Below the pieces are notes generated by a model, which saw nothing but the letters and a program-made list of their open reading frames with translations, searched no databases and was not told the origin of the DNA. A stretch of 64,000 nucleotides of DNA, from the NCBI RefSeq assembly GCF_006345805.1, contig NC_043004.1:45136001-45200000 (forward strand), read 5' to 3'. Position numbers and translations under genes: made by a program. The stretch comes from Octopus sinensis. Lineage: Eukaryota. The stretch's first letter is position 1. Every line of letters begins with the position of its first letter. Positions 1 through 14,781 of this stretch are shown here, piece after piece.

Positions 1-927
1 GTGAATGTGTATCCCTATATTAAAATAAGAGGGGAAAATACTTCAGTAGATAATATAGAGTTAATAATAATAATAATAATTAAAACCTGATATTTTGCAT
101 TGTTGTTTCTCCATACTGAGCCATAAGCTCATAAAGCCGGCTTCTCAAATGTTATGACATATATAGGATTACTTGTTTTTGTCAGCTGTGTGGGTTGGAA
201 CAACATGAAGTTAAGTTTTTCGCTCAAGAACACCATACGTCATCTGGTTCAGAAATTGAAACTACAATCTTCTGTTTATGAGTATTACACCCTAACCACT
301 AAGTCACATGTTGGAACTCATACATATAAAGACAAAGTAATTATGGGTTTGATTTTTTTTGTTCCTAGCATTGCAAATGTGTGTTGCATTATTTTGTTAT
401 ATATTGGTCATGAGATACACGTATACACATGCGATGGCTTTGCTAAGTTCTTTGTCTTACCAAGTTTACTGGCCCTTGACTGCAGTAGAAGTCACTGTTG
501 TTGCACAGTGGGTTGGAACCCAAAGCCACATGGTTGTGAATATGTGTGTTTGTGAAAAAGAGAGTGATGGTAGTTTCATCCTGGTGTGAATTGCTGTTAA
601 ATAAAAAAAGTACCTAGTATTGTTAGGCAGAATAGGATAGTGATTTCAGCACACATAGCTTTGAATGTATAAGGCTTTATGCATGCTTGTATATATATAT
701 CTATTTATCGATCTATATATATATTTAGAGAGAGAGGCAGATGTAGATGTATATATCACTTATATGTTCATAAGTCATAGGATGAAGGTTTTGCCTGAAT
801 AGAACATTTGCTGCAACACTGTTCTGTGTTTGAAATACTTTGAGAGTTCAGTTTAACTTTTATTTCTATCTTGGCAAATATTTCAATTGAATAAGTACTT
901 GAAATGTAGTAAGACCAATTGAAACAA

Positions 928-956
928 TGTGTGTGTGTGTGTGAGAGAGAGAGAAA

Positions 957-1023
<67 letters not shown>
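928..1023. repeat. (TG)n(AG)n microsatellite
   Basis: Direct inspection. Representative of many dinucleotide tracts, e.g. 3169-3237, 15262-15420, 23565-23650, 36500-36765 and 60495-60697. Confidence 0.95.
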
Positions 1024-1026
<3 letters not shown>

Positions 1027-1220
1027 TCATGAACAGAAACTTAGTGTTTCATTCTTGTCAGATATGTGGTCTTGTTCAAACATTGAAAACCAATATAATT
1101 TGAAATTATGATACCTATATCATCCCTATACATAAAAACTTGATAACTGTCTTGTTGGAAGACATGGTTGAATAAATTCAACGAAGGATAAATTCCACAA
1201 CAGAAATATATGTTTGTCTG

Positions 1221-1267
<47 letters not shown>

Positions 1268-3165
1268 CACACATATGTATAAGTGTGTGTGTGTATGTAC
1301 ACTCAATAATTTCATGTTTATATAATTATGAACACTGTATCATATGTACAGCTGTCCAGACAAGTGTAATAGTACAAAGGTTTTAGGTACAGGTTTATTT
1401 CAGTTAATGTTCACAAAGGCATAATTTTTAACCCTTTTTGTTTTAACCATAATTCTGTTGAAATACACTGTCTTTGTTTCAATTTATTTTGAAAATAATG
1501 AGGAATTTAGTAAAAGAAAACTTTGTCACTATTAAGCTGGTGTTTCAGACATACCTGAACATGAAATTTTGATGGAAGGGTTTAGATTTAGATCCCTTTA
1601 AAACAATAAGTTTGTATCATAAAACCAGGATCACTCTCAGCTGGTTTGGTATCAAAAGATGTCGGTGTAAAGTATGAATTATTGACCGTTTCTCTCTTCA
1701 CTTGGTGTTGATGATGTTGTTGAACCTCAGGTTAACCCTGATTTATAATGTTCATGGTCACACATTCCAGCCCTGACTGCCTGCCCCTTAGTATATTAGG
1801 GACTACTTTCATTCAGTGTGTTCTTTACTTTGGATTACAGGATGTTAATTTGTGGGTGATTTGTCTAATATTATCTATTTCTAGTTTGTTAACAACAGTG
1901 TAGATGATCCCACACTGGGTTTTTAGTCAGTTGGGTGTTTCCCTTCATGTACTGTTCTCCATTGTCATTCAGTCAAAGAGCTACAGTAATCTTGTGTTAC
2001 ATAGTGCACTGTCACAGACATAACACTCAGTTTTGCATGTGAATATGTAATAAAATTTCCCAGCCGCGGAAAGATCCCTTAATCTTTGAGACCAAGTTAA
2101 GCACTGGGCGTTTAGCTTTGCTTTTGTGGTATGAAACAGATAAATAATGAATTTTATTTCTATGATAGGATGCCAGTCTTTTGTAGGTGATATTTGTAAA
2201 CAATCTTATGATGGCTGTATAGCTCCTGTTCCCAACATTTGTGTGCACTTAGGTGCCTTTAGCCAAGTCTACTGCAAGTATTTGCTCCAAGTCCCCATCT
2301 GAGGATCTGAAGGCTATTGTTCCAATCAAGTTTTGGAGACCTCACACAAGAAGGGCATTGGTTTCAATTTTCTGCATATGAATAACCATACAACACATGT
2401 ATAGCATGATCATATTCATATGCACACATACATGCATGCATGTATGTGCATGCATGGAAATAAAGATACTTGAACATAAAATCATACATACTCTTTCACA
2501 TGAACATAGACATGTGTGAACACAGACACCAATGCTCAAGTACATGTGAAGTGTTGCTTTGAGATCTCACTGTGCTTAAGATTTATGTATCAAGTTGATG
2601 AGGTGATTGTAGATATAACCAGAGTGAAACACAAATATCTATTAAACTGATTGTAAATAACCAGTTCTGGGAATTGTAAGAATTAAACTGCTTCTCTGAT
2701 AAATAAAAGTAGCATGATGCATTCTTTATAGTCTGAACAGCTTATCTATCTATTTGTTTATCTCTTTAGTTATATTATCATCAGTTTAGCATTCACTTAT
2801 CCATGTTTGCATGGCTTAAACAGAAACAGTACCACATTAAAAGCATCCCGTACACTCTATGGAGTGGTAGGCTTTAGGAAAGGCATCAGGCTGTAGAAAC
2901 CATGCCAGAACAGACAATGGAGCCCAGTGCAGCCCCTGGCCTTACCAGCTTCAGTCAAACTGTCTAGCACATACCAGCATGGAAAACAGATGTTAAACTG
3001 ATGATGATACCCTTCCTGTTACCAACCCTGTCTTGTTTCCATCATGAGGTAATATTTCACTGTGATTTTACCATGAGCAGACATGTTTCCATGGAAGACG
3101 AGAAAGAATGACACCACTTGCATGACATTCAGTGTTGAGATGAGGAGGCACACACACACAGACAC

Positions 3166-3238
<73 letters not shown>

Positions 3239-3594
3239 TGGCAGAAATACCCAGCCCTGCTTGGGTTTTAAAATCACATAGTTATTTTATTGTTTTACTG
3301 GTTTCAGTCATGTAACTGCAACCATGCAGGAGCACTGCCATTGGTCGAACAACTTGACCACAGGATTTATTCTTCATAAGCTTAGTACTTATTCTAACAG
3401 TATCTTTTGTGGAACTGCTATATTATGGGAACGTAAACATAGCAACATTGGTTGTCAAGCAATGGTGCGGGTTCAAACACACACACACAAATATACACAT
3501 ATATACAACAGTCTTCTTTTAGTTTGCATGTACAAAATCCATTTACAAGGCTTTGGTTGGCCTGAGGCTATAATATGTATATATGCACACACAA

Positions 3595-3644
<50 letters not shown>

Positions 3645-3769
3645 GCACATATATATCCATATATATATATACACACACACACACACATATATATATACAC
3701 ACACACACACACATACATATCCATATACATATATATACACATATCCATATATATACACTACATGGACCC

Positions 3770-3881
3770 TAAGTAAGCCATGTGCAATGTTTGAATGAAA
3801 TTGGTTGGATAGTTCTCAAGTTTTAGTGATGCACACATACAGACAGTCAGAGAGACACATTCTCAGTTTTATATATATAGA
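3770..3881 (-). mobile_element. 5' fragment of a related Helitron-type element
   Basis: Has a minus-strand A|TCTATATATATAAAA start with an (acag)-rich subterminal region like the 32.8-kb element. Confidence 0.45.
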
Positions 3882-4104
3882 TGTATATTATATGTCACCA
3901 TGATTTAGCATCTGCTTTCCCTGCTGGCATGGGTTAGATGGTTTGACTGGAATTGGATTTGGCATGGTTTTTATGGCTGGATGCTCTTCCTAACGCCAAC
4001 CACTCCAGGAGTGTAATGGCTGCTTTGGTCAATTTGCTTGCCCAAGGTGTGATGCTGTTGGACATGAACACAAAACCATGTGGCTGGGAATCAAACTTTT
4101 TGGC

Positions 4105-4166
<62 letters not shown>

Positions 4167-5154
4167 ACAAGATAGATGTGTTCTACACCCACAAATCTTC
4201 AAGAGTTCAATCAATGTGGTATTAAACACATGTACATGTACATACGCACACACATACACACTCATGCGTACACACACATGCACAGACGAATGCATGCACA
4301 TTCAAACACACATACACGCAGACACATAGACACATGCACACACATACACACGTATGCTGTATGTATGTTTATATGGGCAGTGTGTGTCCATGTAACTCAT
4401 CTAATCTATTAAATCCTGACTGTTACTTCACCATGGTATCTGACTGGATACTAGTGAAGCTGTGTAGACACAAAGTGGAAATACAAGTATTGGCTAAGTT
4501 TGTCAAATAGCATGTGGCATCACCACCACCATCATCATCATCATCATCATCTTAGGGTTTAGTTAATCCTTGACTCTTGACAGTTTCTTTGAAAATGGTG
4601 GAAGAGGTTTATGCTACTGAATGGTATAACAGCAAAATAATCAAAAAGCAAACGAAACAACACAGCCCGCATGTGCACATACATACACACCATACACACA
4701 CATACAAGAGACATACACCAGTCCTATTGGGGTTACTTTAAAATTATCAGCCATGATGATGATGATGATGATGGAGAAGAAGAAGATATCAATGTTATTT
4801 CTGTTTGAGGTGGTTTGTTTGCACAAGAGTCTCCTTTCTAGATTCTCAACAATCTCACCTCACCAGACTCGTTTTATTGTGTCAACATTGACAACTGTAG
4901 ACCTGCAAAACAAAAATTAGAAAAAGCGACAAAAACCATCAGCACTTGCTCGCTAATGCTGGAGTGTGACTTACACTTGTCCTCACTTCTGTTGCCTTTC
5001 TCTCTCTCTTTCTCTTTCTGTTTCATTTCACACTCTTTTTCCCTTTCCTTTCTCCCTTTTTTTTCTGCGTTTTTTTCTCCAGTGTCTTCTTTCTTTGTCA
5101 TTCTTCATCTCTGTTTATCTTTTCCTTTCTCTCTCTCCTTCCATCATTCCACCT

Positions 5155-5196
<42 letters not shown>

Positions 5197-6880
5197 ACAA
5201 ACACACACAGAATTCCAGGTTCAATCTTAATGCGTTGCATTTTAGGCAAGTGATCTTCTATAGTCCTGGGCCAACCAACGCCTCATGAGTAGATTCAGTT
5301 GACAAACACTGAAAGAAACCTGTCATACATTCATCTGTGTGTTTGTGTGTGTCTTTTGTCCACCACTTGACAACTGGTATTGGTTTGTTTATGTCCCTGT
5401 AACTTAGTGTTTCAACCAAAGACACCAATAAAATAAATATCCTACTTTAAAATGAAGTACTGGGGTCGATTTGTTTGACTAAAACCCTCCAAGGCAGTGC
5501 TCCAGCATGGTTCCAGTCCAGTAACTAAAAGAAGTAAAAGATAAAAGATATGTATTTATATAGGAAAAAAAACATTTTTGACAGTGTACTTTATTTTATT
5601 TTATTTCATTTCCTTAGAAAATTTGAAGACATGCTATACATCTTAGTAAATAAACTAAGAAGCAATTCCTCCATTACTTCCGACTAACCTTATTATCATT
5701 ACCTGTATATATTTATTTAAAATCTATAAAAGAAGATAAATCTGTGTGAGGAGATAATTCTGACATTTTAGGCAGGATGTTTCTTTGAAAATACCATATC
5801 ATGACCTCACCGACTTCTAAATTTTTGTTCACATTTTCTTTTACATTTTTTAACTTCGCTGCTACAGAGCACCATTAGTTTACCTTGTGAGAGATCTGCT
5901 GAATAGTGGTGAATTGGCAGAAGCAGTTTGTACAACACAAAATTCCCTGTGGTATTTGTTGTAGCCTCTAGACTCCAAGTTCAAATCTTGCTACAGCTGA
6001 CTTTACCTTTTACCAGTCAAGTACTGGGGTTGATATAATCACTTAACCACTTTATTCCAAATTGTTCTCTAAATTATAAATAATTATATTATATTGGTGT
6101 CATAAGAATGTATAAACTTTAAGAGAGTGTGAAATAATAATTTTTTTATCCATAGACAACACTTGACCATTCTATCCAAAGGTTTTTTTAACCTAATTTT
6201 TACACACTGTTATTTACAACTTCATCTGGTTTGAGTTTCACTGTCCTAAAATAGAATTATTTCATGTTCTCTCAATTTTATAAATTAGTATGAAACCAAC
6301 AACATACAATTCTTGCCAGTTAGAACAAAGTTTCTGAAATGGATAACGAAATTGGTCCAATTGTAGAATATCTGTCATATTTACAGAAGCTATGAATTCA
6401 AGCCCCATGAGCAGCCTTTGACTTTTTCAATCCAGAGAGATTTTTAACTCAATAACATGCTATTATTCATAGCTTTATCTGCTTTGTGTTTCATTGTTCC
6501 AGAATGAATTATTATCACTCAAGTTTTGGTAGAAGGCTGGCAATTTCAAGGGGGTGAGTTTAGTCACACAGTAAAGTTTATCTGGTTTGTCTTTCATCCC
6601 TCCAGGGATGAAAGGCAAACCAGACCTTCAAGAGATTTGAACTAAAAACATCATGTGTCAGAAAAAGTTGCCACTAAAGAATTTGTCTGGCATAATATTT
6701 CTGCCAGCTTGCTGCCTTAAATAGAATATTCTTTTTATTATAGTTACAAGGCTTGAAATTTTGGGTAAGAGGGTTGGGATTAGCATTGATCCAACTATTC
6801 ATCTGCTACTTATTTTATTTGTTGATCCTGAAAGGATAAATGGCAAAGTCAACTTCAGCAGGATTTGAACTCACACTTAA

Positions 6881-7099
6881 CCCTTTAGTGTTCAGATTAT
6901 TCTATCAAACATAATGCTTAATGATTCCCATTGATTTGAATTAATCATGCATTATCTCATATCTTCAAGATCTTGATGGTGTAATTACCTAATGTAGAAT
7001 AACATTGTAGGGTAGGTGTGAGAGCCTGGATCTGGTCAGTTTGAACATAAAACAGATTAAACATTTTGGCCGGATATGGCCGGTTTAAATACTAAAGGG
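6881..7099. mobile_element. piggyBac-type MITE (family B) nested in a SINE
   Basis: TTAA|CCCTTTAGT...ACTAAAGGG|TTAA, 219 bp. It splits a minus-strand SINE. A decayed relative lies near 32917-33054. Confidence 0.85.
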
Positions 7100-10079
7100 T
7101 TAAAGTCAAAGGCATTTTGTCCCATTTGTTAACAATTCCACCAGCTTGCATACGTTATGATGATGATTCTTTCAATTATAAGCCGAAGACCTGAAATTTG
7201 GGGAAAGGTCTTCATTACATCAACCCAAGTACTTTATCGACTCCTAAAGGATAAAAAGCAAAGTTAACCTCTGCAAAATATGAGCTCAGATATTGAGTAG
7301 GAAGAAATAACACTAAGCATTTTGTGTGATTGAGCTAACAATTCTTCTGGTTCTATTATTATATTTTCTCTTCTCTTCTCTCGCTCAAATTAACGCCTCC
7401 ACACAAATTATAACCTGTCTTTGTAATTTTCCCCTCTCAAAAATACCTCTGTGGCAAATAAAAGATATTATTTAAGTTTCAATTGTTGTTACTATTGCTT
7501 GTGAATATGTGTTTATATAATGCCAATACATTATCAGAGGCAGATACTTTTAGACAATAATAATAATAATAAGCAGCAGTGGCAGCAACTAAAGCTAATA
7601 CATAAGGTAGGCAAAGACACGCACAGACTGTGACATAGGTGAACTACTAAGGACAGTGTCCATTTATGGTCAAGAATAAGAAGACTATGAGAGACATAGA
7701 AGGTCAGCAATAAGTGATAAAGTTTTTATAGCAGGCTCATGGCTTGCTTGTATCTATATGTGTGTGTGTGTGTCTGAGTATGTGTGTGTGTGTGCTCATG
7801 CACACTTATTCTTGTGTGTCTGCTATGTTTTCGCATAGATGTGCATGTATGTGTGTGGTATATGTCTGGATATAACATATTATGTTACTATATCAGTTAA
7901 TGTTTGTGTATTTATAAATAGATTGGTATTATAGATTGATAAGAAATCTTTGAGATATATACATATTTGTGTGTGCGTGTGTGTGTGCCTCTCACATTCA
8001 TATATACGCCATTTATATGTATGTGCGTGTACCTACATGTGTGTGTATATATATGTGTGTGTGTGTTGGAAAGTAAGTCTGAAGGACTAAAAGGCAGGTA
8101 GCTGAATGGAGTAATGCACACATACACAGATTGCATTAATGTCAGAATGTGCATAGTAAGTTATACAAGTGAAACTTAATCTATTTCTGTGGCTGCGTGT
8201 ATGTATGTCTCTGTGTGTATTATATATAAATGTGTGTACATCCACACATCGATGTATAATGTGCTCTGGTTTCTGCTGGACTTTATCTTCTTCAACATTC
8301 AAAATGGAGCTTAACTCTTAATCCTTTAAGTAGCTAATGACAAAAGGATTTTCATTGCCATAAAGAGGCTTGCTCACATTTCACAGTCAGTGCTGTATGT
8401 AGCTGACTTCTTCTCCATTGACTGCAGCATGTGTTGTTCTGTGCAGTGTGCAGCTCACCAAAAATACATCACTGTCACCACCACTACCATCAGCAGTACC
8501 ACCACCATCACCAGCAGCAGCACCACCACCATCATTACTACTGCCCCCATCATTTCTGCCTTATTAAGTCACTGGGACACCATGTTGCCCATACCAGTTG
8601 CTTCATTTAAATAGTGAGAACAGTTTACTGTTAATAATAATCATAATAATGATAATAATGATTTTGAATTTCGGCACAAGGCCAGTAGTTTCAGGGGAGG
8701 GATTAAGTAAATTACATTGACCTCGATGTTCAACTGGTACTTACTTTATCGACCCATAAAGATGAAAGCAAAGTCGACATTGGTGAAATTTGAACTCAAA
8801 ACGTAAAGACAGACAAAATGCGTCTGAACATTTTGCCTGGTGCGCTATCGATTCTGACAGCTGGCCTCCTTAATAATAATAATAATAATAATAATATAAT
8901 AATAATAATAATCAGCTTTAATCATCATATCTGCCACTAAAACACCAGCCACCACCCATCTCAAAACATCACAAGTGCCAAGCCAACAGCAGCACCAGAT
9001 ACTATATTTTATAGTTACCTGTAATACTATTCTGTCTGTTGTGTTCTGAATTGCACTCAGGTTTGGGGAGTGGGCAGTGGGAACTTGTTACCACTGATTA
9101 ATTGACTAGCCTTATCACTATGGCACACACCACCAAACTTTCACCAGCCTGGTCAGCTATCACCACCAGCACCACCACCACTACCACCGATGTATCACCA
9201 GCTCTACCAGCATCACCAGCGCCACCGCCTACATTATTCTCATTATTTCTAGCCTTGCAAGGTTTTATAGAATCACTGATTGAACCATCCTCGCACTGCT
9301 GATTGTGTGCGTGTGTGCATGTGTGTGTATGTATGTATGCGTGCACACACACACATACACACACATAAATACGTATACATACATGCAGAGAGAGAAAGAG
9401 TGGACTTACTGACTGACTTGCATATACAATGAAAGCAAATCCCTGAGCCAAGTATCACCACCACCACCACCACCACCAGTGCCTCTGTAAGATTTATAAG
9501 ATCGAAGACAGTCAAGATGTGTGTCTTTCCTCATCTAAATGATCTACTGGCTTACAGAAATACTCTTCTCACTTTTAGCATGACTGTCATCGCCACAGCC
9601 ACTATCCCCAACACCAAGAGCATAGAATTTGGGCTACGAATGAAGTCAGATGAACCTACCAAATTAATGTAGTAGATTATAATAATCACCTGTAATATTA
9701 TAATTAGTGAATAGTACAGTGTGTCGAATGAGTGACAAAGAAATATCTTATTAGAATTTGGTTAGAACTAAATTGAACTAAAGTATACTTTTTGTGTCGT
9801 TCTACATCATCTGCTCATTAATTATTTCTAACATAAGTTTTATGGTCTCATACATCAGGTGTTGGATGTACTTTGCTGTACCAACCTCAGCTCTTGACTG
9901 GGTTTATTTGTCTATCTGTAAGAGAGAGAGAGGGAGGGGAGAGAGAGAGAAAATGAAAAAAAAAAGGAATGGAATTTAAAAGCAAACTCAGTCAGATTTA
10001 ACTCCAACTGTATAGAGCCATACTTTAATAGTGTAAGGTATTTTTGTTTGATGTTCAAATGATTTTGACAATCCCTTTG

Positions 10080-11285
10080 TCATTTACCATTTGCTTTACA
10101 GCTGTTTCTGATTTAGGCACAAGACTAGCAATTTTAGGTTTTGACCTCAACAGGATTTGAACTCAGAATATAAAGAGACCAAACAAATACTGCAAGGCTG
10201 TTTTTCAATGCCCTAATGATTCTATCAGTTCACCACCTTGCTTATTAATTATAATAATAATAATAATACTTTCTAATTTACACACAGGCCAGAAATTTTG
10301 GTGTGACAAGTTTAGTTAATACCATTGACCACAGTACTCAGAACTTTATTTTATTGCCGATAGGCTAAGTTTACCTTGATAAGATTTGAACTCAGAACAT
10401 AAAGAGCTGGAACAAATAATGCTAAATATTTCTGCCAGTGTTCTAATGATTCTCCCCGTCTGCCAATTTAATAATAAATGCAAAAATCAGCATATTGCTC
10501 AAATATTGCGTAAATGTCTGTCTGACTGATGTCCTTGTTTCAACTTGACAGACAGTACAAATCCCTTTCAATCAACAACATCATGATATTGGATACTGTA
10601 CAATGTCTTAAATAATAATCTTTTCTACTATAGGGACAAGGCCTGAAATTTGAGGGAGGGAGAGAGTCAATTACATCGCCCCCAGTACTCAACTGTTATC
10701 TAATTATTAACCTCGAAAGGATGAAATGCGAAGTTGACCTCAGCAGAACTTAAATTCAGAAGGCGCTGATGGACAACATGCAGCTAATCATTTTGCCTAG
10801 CAAGCTAACAATTCTACCAGACTTTTTCTACTATAAGTGCAAGGCCTGAAATTTGGTGGGTGGCAGGTGCTAGTTAATTACAGTGTGACCCCAGAGCTCA
10901 GCTGGTACTTTATTTATCCCTGCCTCCACAAAAAGAAAAGGAGGATGAAAGGCAGAGTTAACCTTGGCAACATTTGAACTCAGAATGTAAAGCTGGAGGA
11001 AAAGCCTCTGAACATTTTGTCCAGCATGCCAACAAATCTGCCAGCTTGTTGCTTTAAGGATGATAATGATAATAATTCTTTCTACAAGGCCTGTAATATT
11101 GGGGGTTAGGTTATAGTCAATTACATCAACCATAGTACTCAACTGGTACATATTCTATTGATCCCAAATGGATGAAAGACAAAGCTGACCGTGGCAGAAT
11201 TTTAACTCAGACGATAAAACTGGACAAACTGTTTCTAAGCATTTTACCCAACATGCTAACGATTCTGCCAGCTCACTGCCTTAAC
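10080..11285 (-). mobile_element. Head-to-tail cluster of five Meta-like SINE copies
   Basis: Five repeats of ...aggcc(t/a)gaaattt...gaaaggcaaagt(c/t)gacct...gaatttgaactcagaa...ttctgccagct..., each preceded by an (AAT)-rich spacer. Confidence 0.75.
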
Positions 11286-12012
11286 GGTGGTGGTGATGAT
11301 GAGGATGATGATGATAAAAGTTGAATTTTATATAGTCCTCAGTGTCTTGAGGTTTGTGGGAGGTAGAGTTGGTGGGTATAAGATGTTGTTGTTGTTGTTT
11401 CTCAAGGGGATTTAGGATGATGAGGGTGGTTTAGATTTTGACAATAATGATGATGGTGACTTGCTAACTTATCTCAACGCTCATCCCGTAACTGAAAGCT
11501 TCAGGGAATAGATATTATGACTGCTAAATATTAACGTTGGCCCTACTGGGGATTCTACAATGTGGCTTGAACTGTGTAGGTTCATGGCTTTCTGCTATTG
11601 TGCACCCTGTATTTGTATGAATCTTTTGGTGTGCATGGAATGTCAGTGGTGTGCTGTGCATGTAGGTGTGTGTACATGTGTGAATGTGCATGTGTTGGTG
11701 CTGTATGTGTGTGTGTGCATATGTATATGTGCTGATGTTATATGTATGTATGTATGTGTGTGTATGTATGCTTGTGTATACATATCTTTGTATGATGCCA
11801 CTTGGTTGTGTGTGAAACACTTCTTTGTGTAAATGTATGTGTGTGTTCCATTGTCTTACCGTGTACAAGTGTTAATATGTTTGTGTGTATAAGTTTTGGT
11901 ATAGTGTGTTTATGCATGCAAGTGTATGTTATAGTATCAGTTGCATGTAAATGTATATGCATGTTGCTGTTTACCTTACACTCTTTAGATATGTTTATTT
12001 GCTTGTGCATCT

Positions 12013-12058
<46 letters not shown>

Positions 12059-13339
12059 ATGTTTACATTTAATAACATGGCTTCTGTAATATGTGTAATT
12101 TGTATGTCTTTGTATGTAAATTGGTATGTAAGTATTGTGTGGAGTTTTGTATGTGTACATATTGTAAAGTAAATATGTACTGTGTTATGTGTGTATATGT
12201 GTGTGTGTTTATCTGGGCTTTTATGTAGGCTATAGATATTGCCAATGTGATTAGCTACTATATTAGTGTGTGGATATGTATGCACATAGAGAAATGTATG
12301 GGTGTATTGTTCATGATACAAAAATTACATCTCCTATATAAATTCTAACACACCAACATATGACTTTACACACATACATATAAATACCTGTGCAGGCATA
12401 GATTCACATTCACACAATTGCAGAACATTTTGCAGTACCATACTTAGAACACACACACACGCACACACATACACACACACGCACACACACAGACTTACAG
12501 ACATATCCACACTCATTGGAAGATGTTAATGAATGATGATGATGATAATAATAATAAACAAGGTGGAGTTAACCAGAAGACTGTTTACAATGTTTTAATG
12601 GTGTTCTTGGAGTAATTCTTAGCTGTTCCAGATAGTTTAGTGTTGTGGGAATAGGAGGTAATGTGTAGATTCATAGATGCGTTAATGTGTCTGTGTGGCA
12701 GAGTAACTGTTTCCCCATTGGCATTGTTTATCTTAGTAAGGTCTCCTACGTAGTTAATATCTATACTGAAGTCTCAATATAAAAAAAAAGTTTACACTCA
12801 AAACATACACTATAAACACACACACACTACTCACACATACACACGTGTGTGTGTGTGTGTATATATATAGATAGGTAGATAGATGTGTGCATAAATGTGT
12901 GTGTGAATATGTATACTCACATAAACATACAAACATACATATTAGAAACAGCTTATTCATATTAGAATTAATATATATATATAAGCATATTTCTCTTTCT
13001 TTCTCTCTTTGTCACTCTTGCATTTTCTCTCCATGCACACACACAAATATACATATAAATGCACTTGAAGACATCTATATATATTCATATAACACATGCA
13101 CATACATACACATACATACATACACATATACATACACATATACATACACCCTAGCCCAGGCTTGACAAAACAGGTTGAAATTGTCATATGTATATTTGAA
13201 TATATATAGGTATGTATCACTTGAAATATGGATGTACATGTATGCACGTATGTATGCATGCATCTATTTATCTGTCTGGTGTTTAATTTCTATATCTGAT
13301 GAAAGCACCCAGTACATGCTGGAAATCAAGTGACATTAA

Positions 13340-13559
13340 CCCTTTTGTTACAAACCCGGCTGAAACCGGCTTTGGCTCTGAGTACAAATGTCTTGTTTTC
13401 ATGAGTTTTGAATTAAAATCTCCCACCAAACCTTAGTCACAATTTATGTTCCTAAAACTAGCTGAATGATAACTAAGTTATTTTACTAAATTCTTTGTTA
13501 TATTTAAAGTAACTGAAAGAAACACAGCACATCTCAAAATAAATACAGTAACAAAAGGG
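13340..13559. mobile_element. piggyBac-type MITE (family A)
   Basis: TTAA|CCCTTTTGTTAC...GTAACAAAAGGG|TTA(G), 220 bp. Confidence 0.85.
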
Positions 13560-14434
13560 TTAGGAAGAGCATCCATGTGTAGAAATGATGCCAAAGCAAA
13601 CAGTGGATCACAATGCAGTTCTTGGACCTACAGATCCTGTGAACCATCCAACCCATGCCAGCATAGAACATGGATATTAAAAGATGATGATGATATGCCT
13701 TCTATCAAGTCAACATCATTAGTTTCTCTGATAGGCTCTTATCCCTTTAATACTTCTGTCACTTAAACTCTTTGCATTTGCATACCACTCATCAGTCTTT
13801 TGCTCATACTACTGTCATCTATGTTTTTTTTTTTTTATATTTTCACTCATACTTTTATCTGTCTTGCTTCTTGTGCCAACCCCCATGTTGCTCCTTTTTC
13901 AATCACTCCTTCCTCTTCTTAATTTCATTGTACTATGCTTCTGGTGTGACTGATGACAACAGTGGCTCTCTTCTGTTTACCATTGTTACTAAGAATGCTA
14001 CTGCAGTTATCCCAACCTTCTCTCCAGCACTTACACATGGCTCACCTACTCCTAGTTTCCTTACTATCACTGCTATCGCACAATCTTCCAGCCCATCTCC
14101 AAGCCTATGTTGGGTAGTTACATCGGAAAACTTATGACCAGTACATTCTTACTTCAAACTTCCCTCCTGTATTACTTGTCATCATTTCCTTTCATTCTTT
14201 TTGTCATCATGTCTTTCCTTCTTTTTACCCTCACATGATCTGGGTTTCAGTCCTGGTTTTATCTCCTAGATATCTCATTGTGGCTCTCTGTCATTGCTCC
14301 ATATCCTTGATCTCAATGTCTTCTATTACCACCCTGCCATCACAGTCACATCTTGAATGTGCATAACTATTTCAAAATACTCAGTACTCCTATAACACAT
14401 CCTGCTATCACATTCTTCTTACTGCAATCATATT

Positions 14435-14781
14435 TCTGTACATCCCTGTGCTTGAGGAGACCTATTGAGTCAAGTACATAAAAATCAAAAATCAATGGAA
14501 ATTGTAGTTGTGATCCCAGCGCCGGTGGCACGTAAAAAGCACCATCCAAACGTGGCCGATGCCATTGCCACCTTGACTGGCTTCCGTATTGGTGGCACGT
14601 AAAAAGCACCCACTACACTCACGGAATGGTTGATGTTAGGAAGGGCATCTAGCTGTAGAAACACTGCCAGATCAGACTGGAGCCTGGTGCAACCTTCTGG
14701 CTTCCCAGATCCTGGTCAAACCGTCCAACCCATGCTAGCATGAAAAACGGACGTTAAACGTTGATGATGATGATGATGATG
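14435..14781 (+). mobile_element. RTE-family 3' UTR fragment or RTE-tailed short element with (GAT)n tail
   Basis: Shares the ...ttaggaagggcatc(c/t)agctgtagaaac...cccatgc(c/t)agcatg...gttaaa(c)gatgatgat 3' end with the 36.3-36.5 kb copy. Other short copies lie near 2830-3007(+), 3900-4022(-), 13560-13695(+), 27030-27240(-), 29865-30060(+), 42572-42705(+), 43000-43150(+), 60050-60140(+) and 60255-60480(-). Confidence 0.8.

Noticed and set aside
154-555. 133-aa ORF at the window start
   Set aside because: The 3' part is an antisense SINE fragment (~440-540), and no domain is recognisable.
3083-4412. Numerous long-looking ORFs such as (YI)n, (HT)n and (CV)n peptides here and throughout the window
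   Set aside because: They are translations of dinucleotide microsatellites, with no coding signal.
13290-13335. Hammerhead-like CTGATGA...GGAAA
   Set aside because: Stem II closes with an A-G mismatch, and there is no NUH or stem I/III pairing in the right place.
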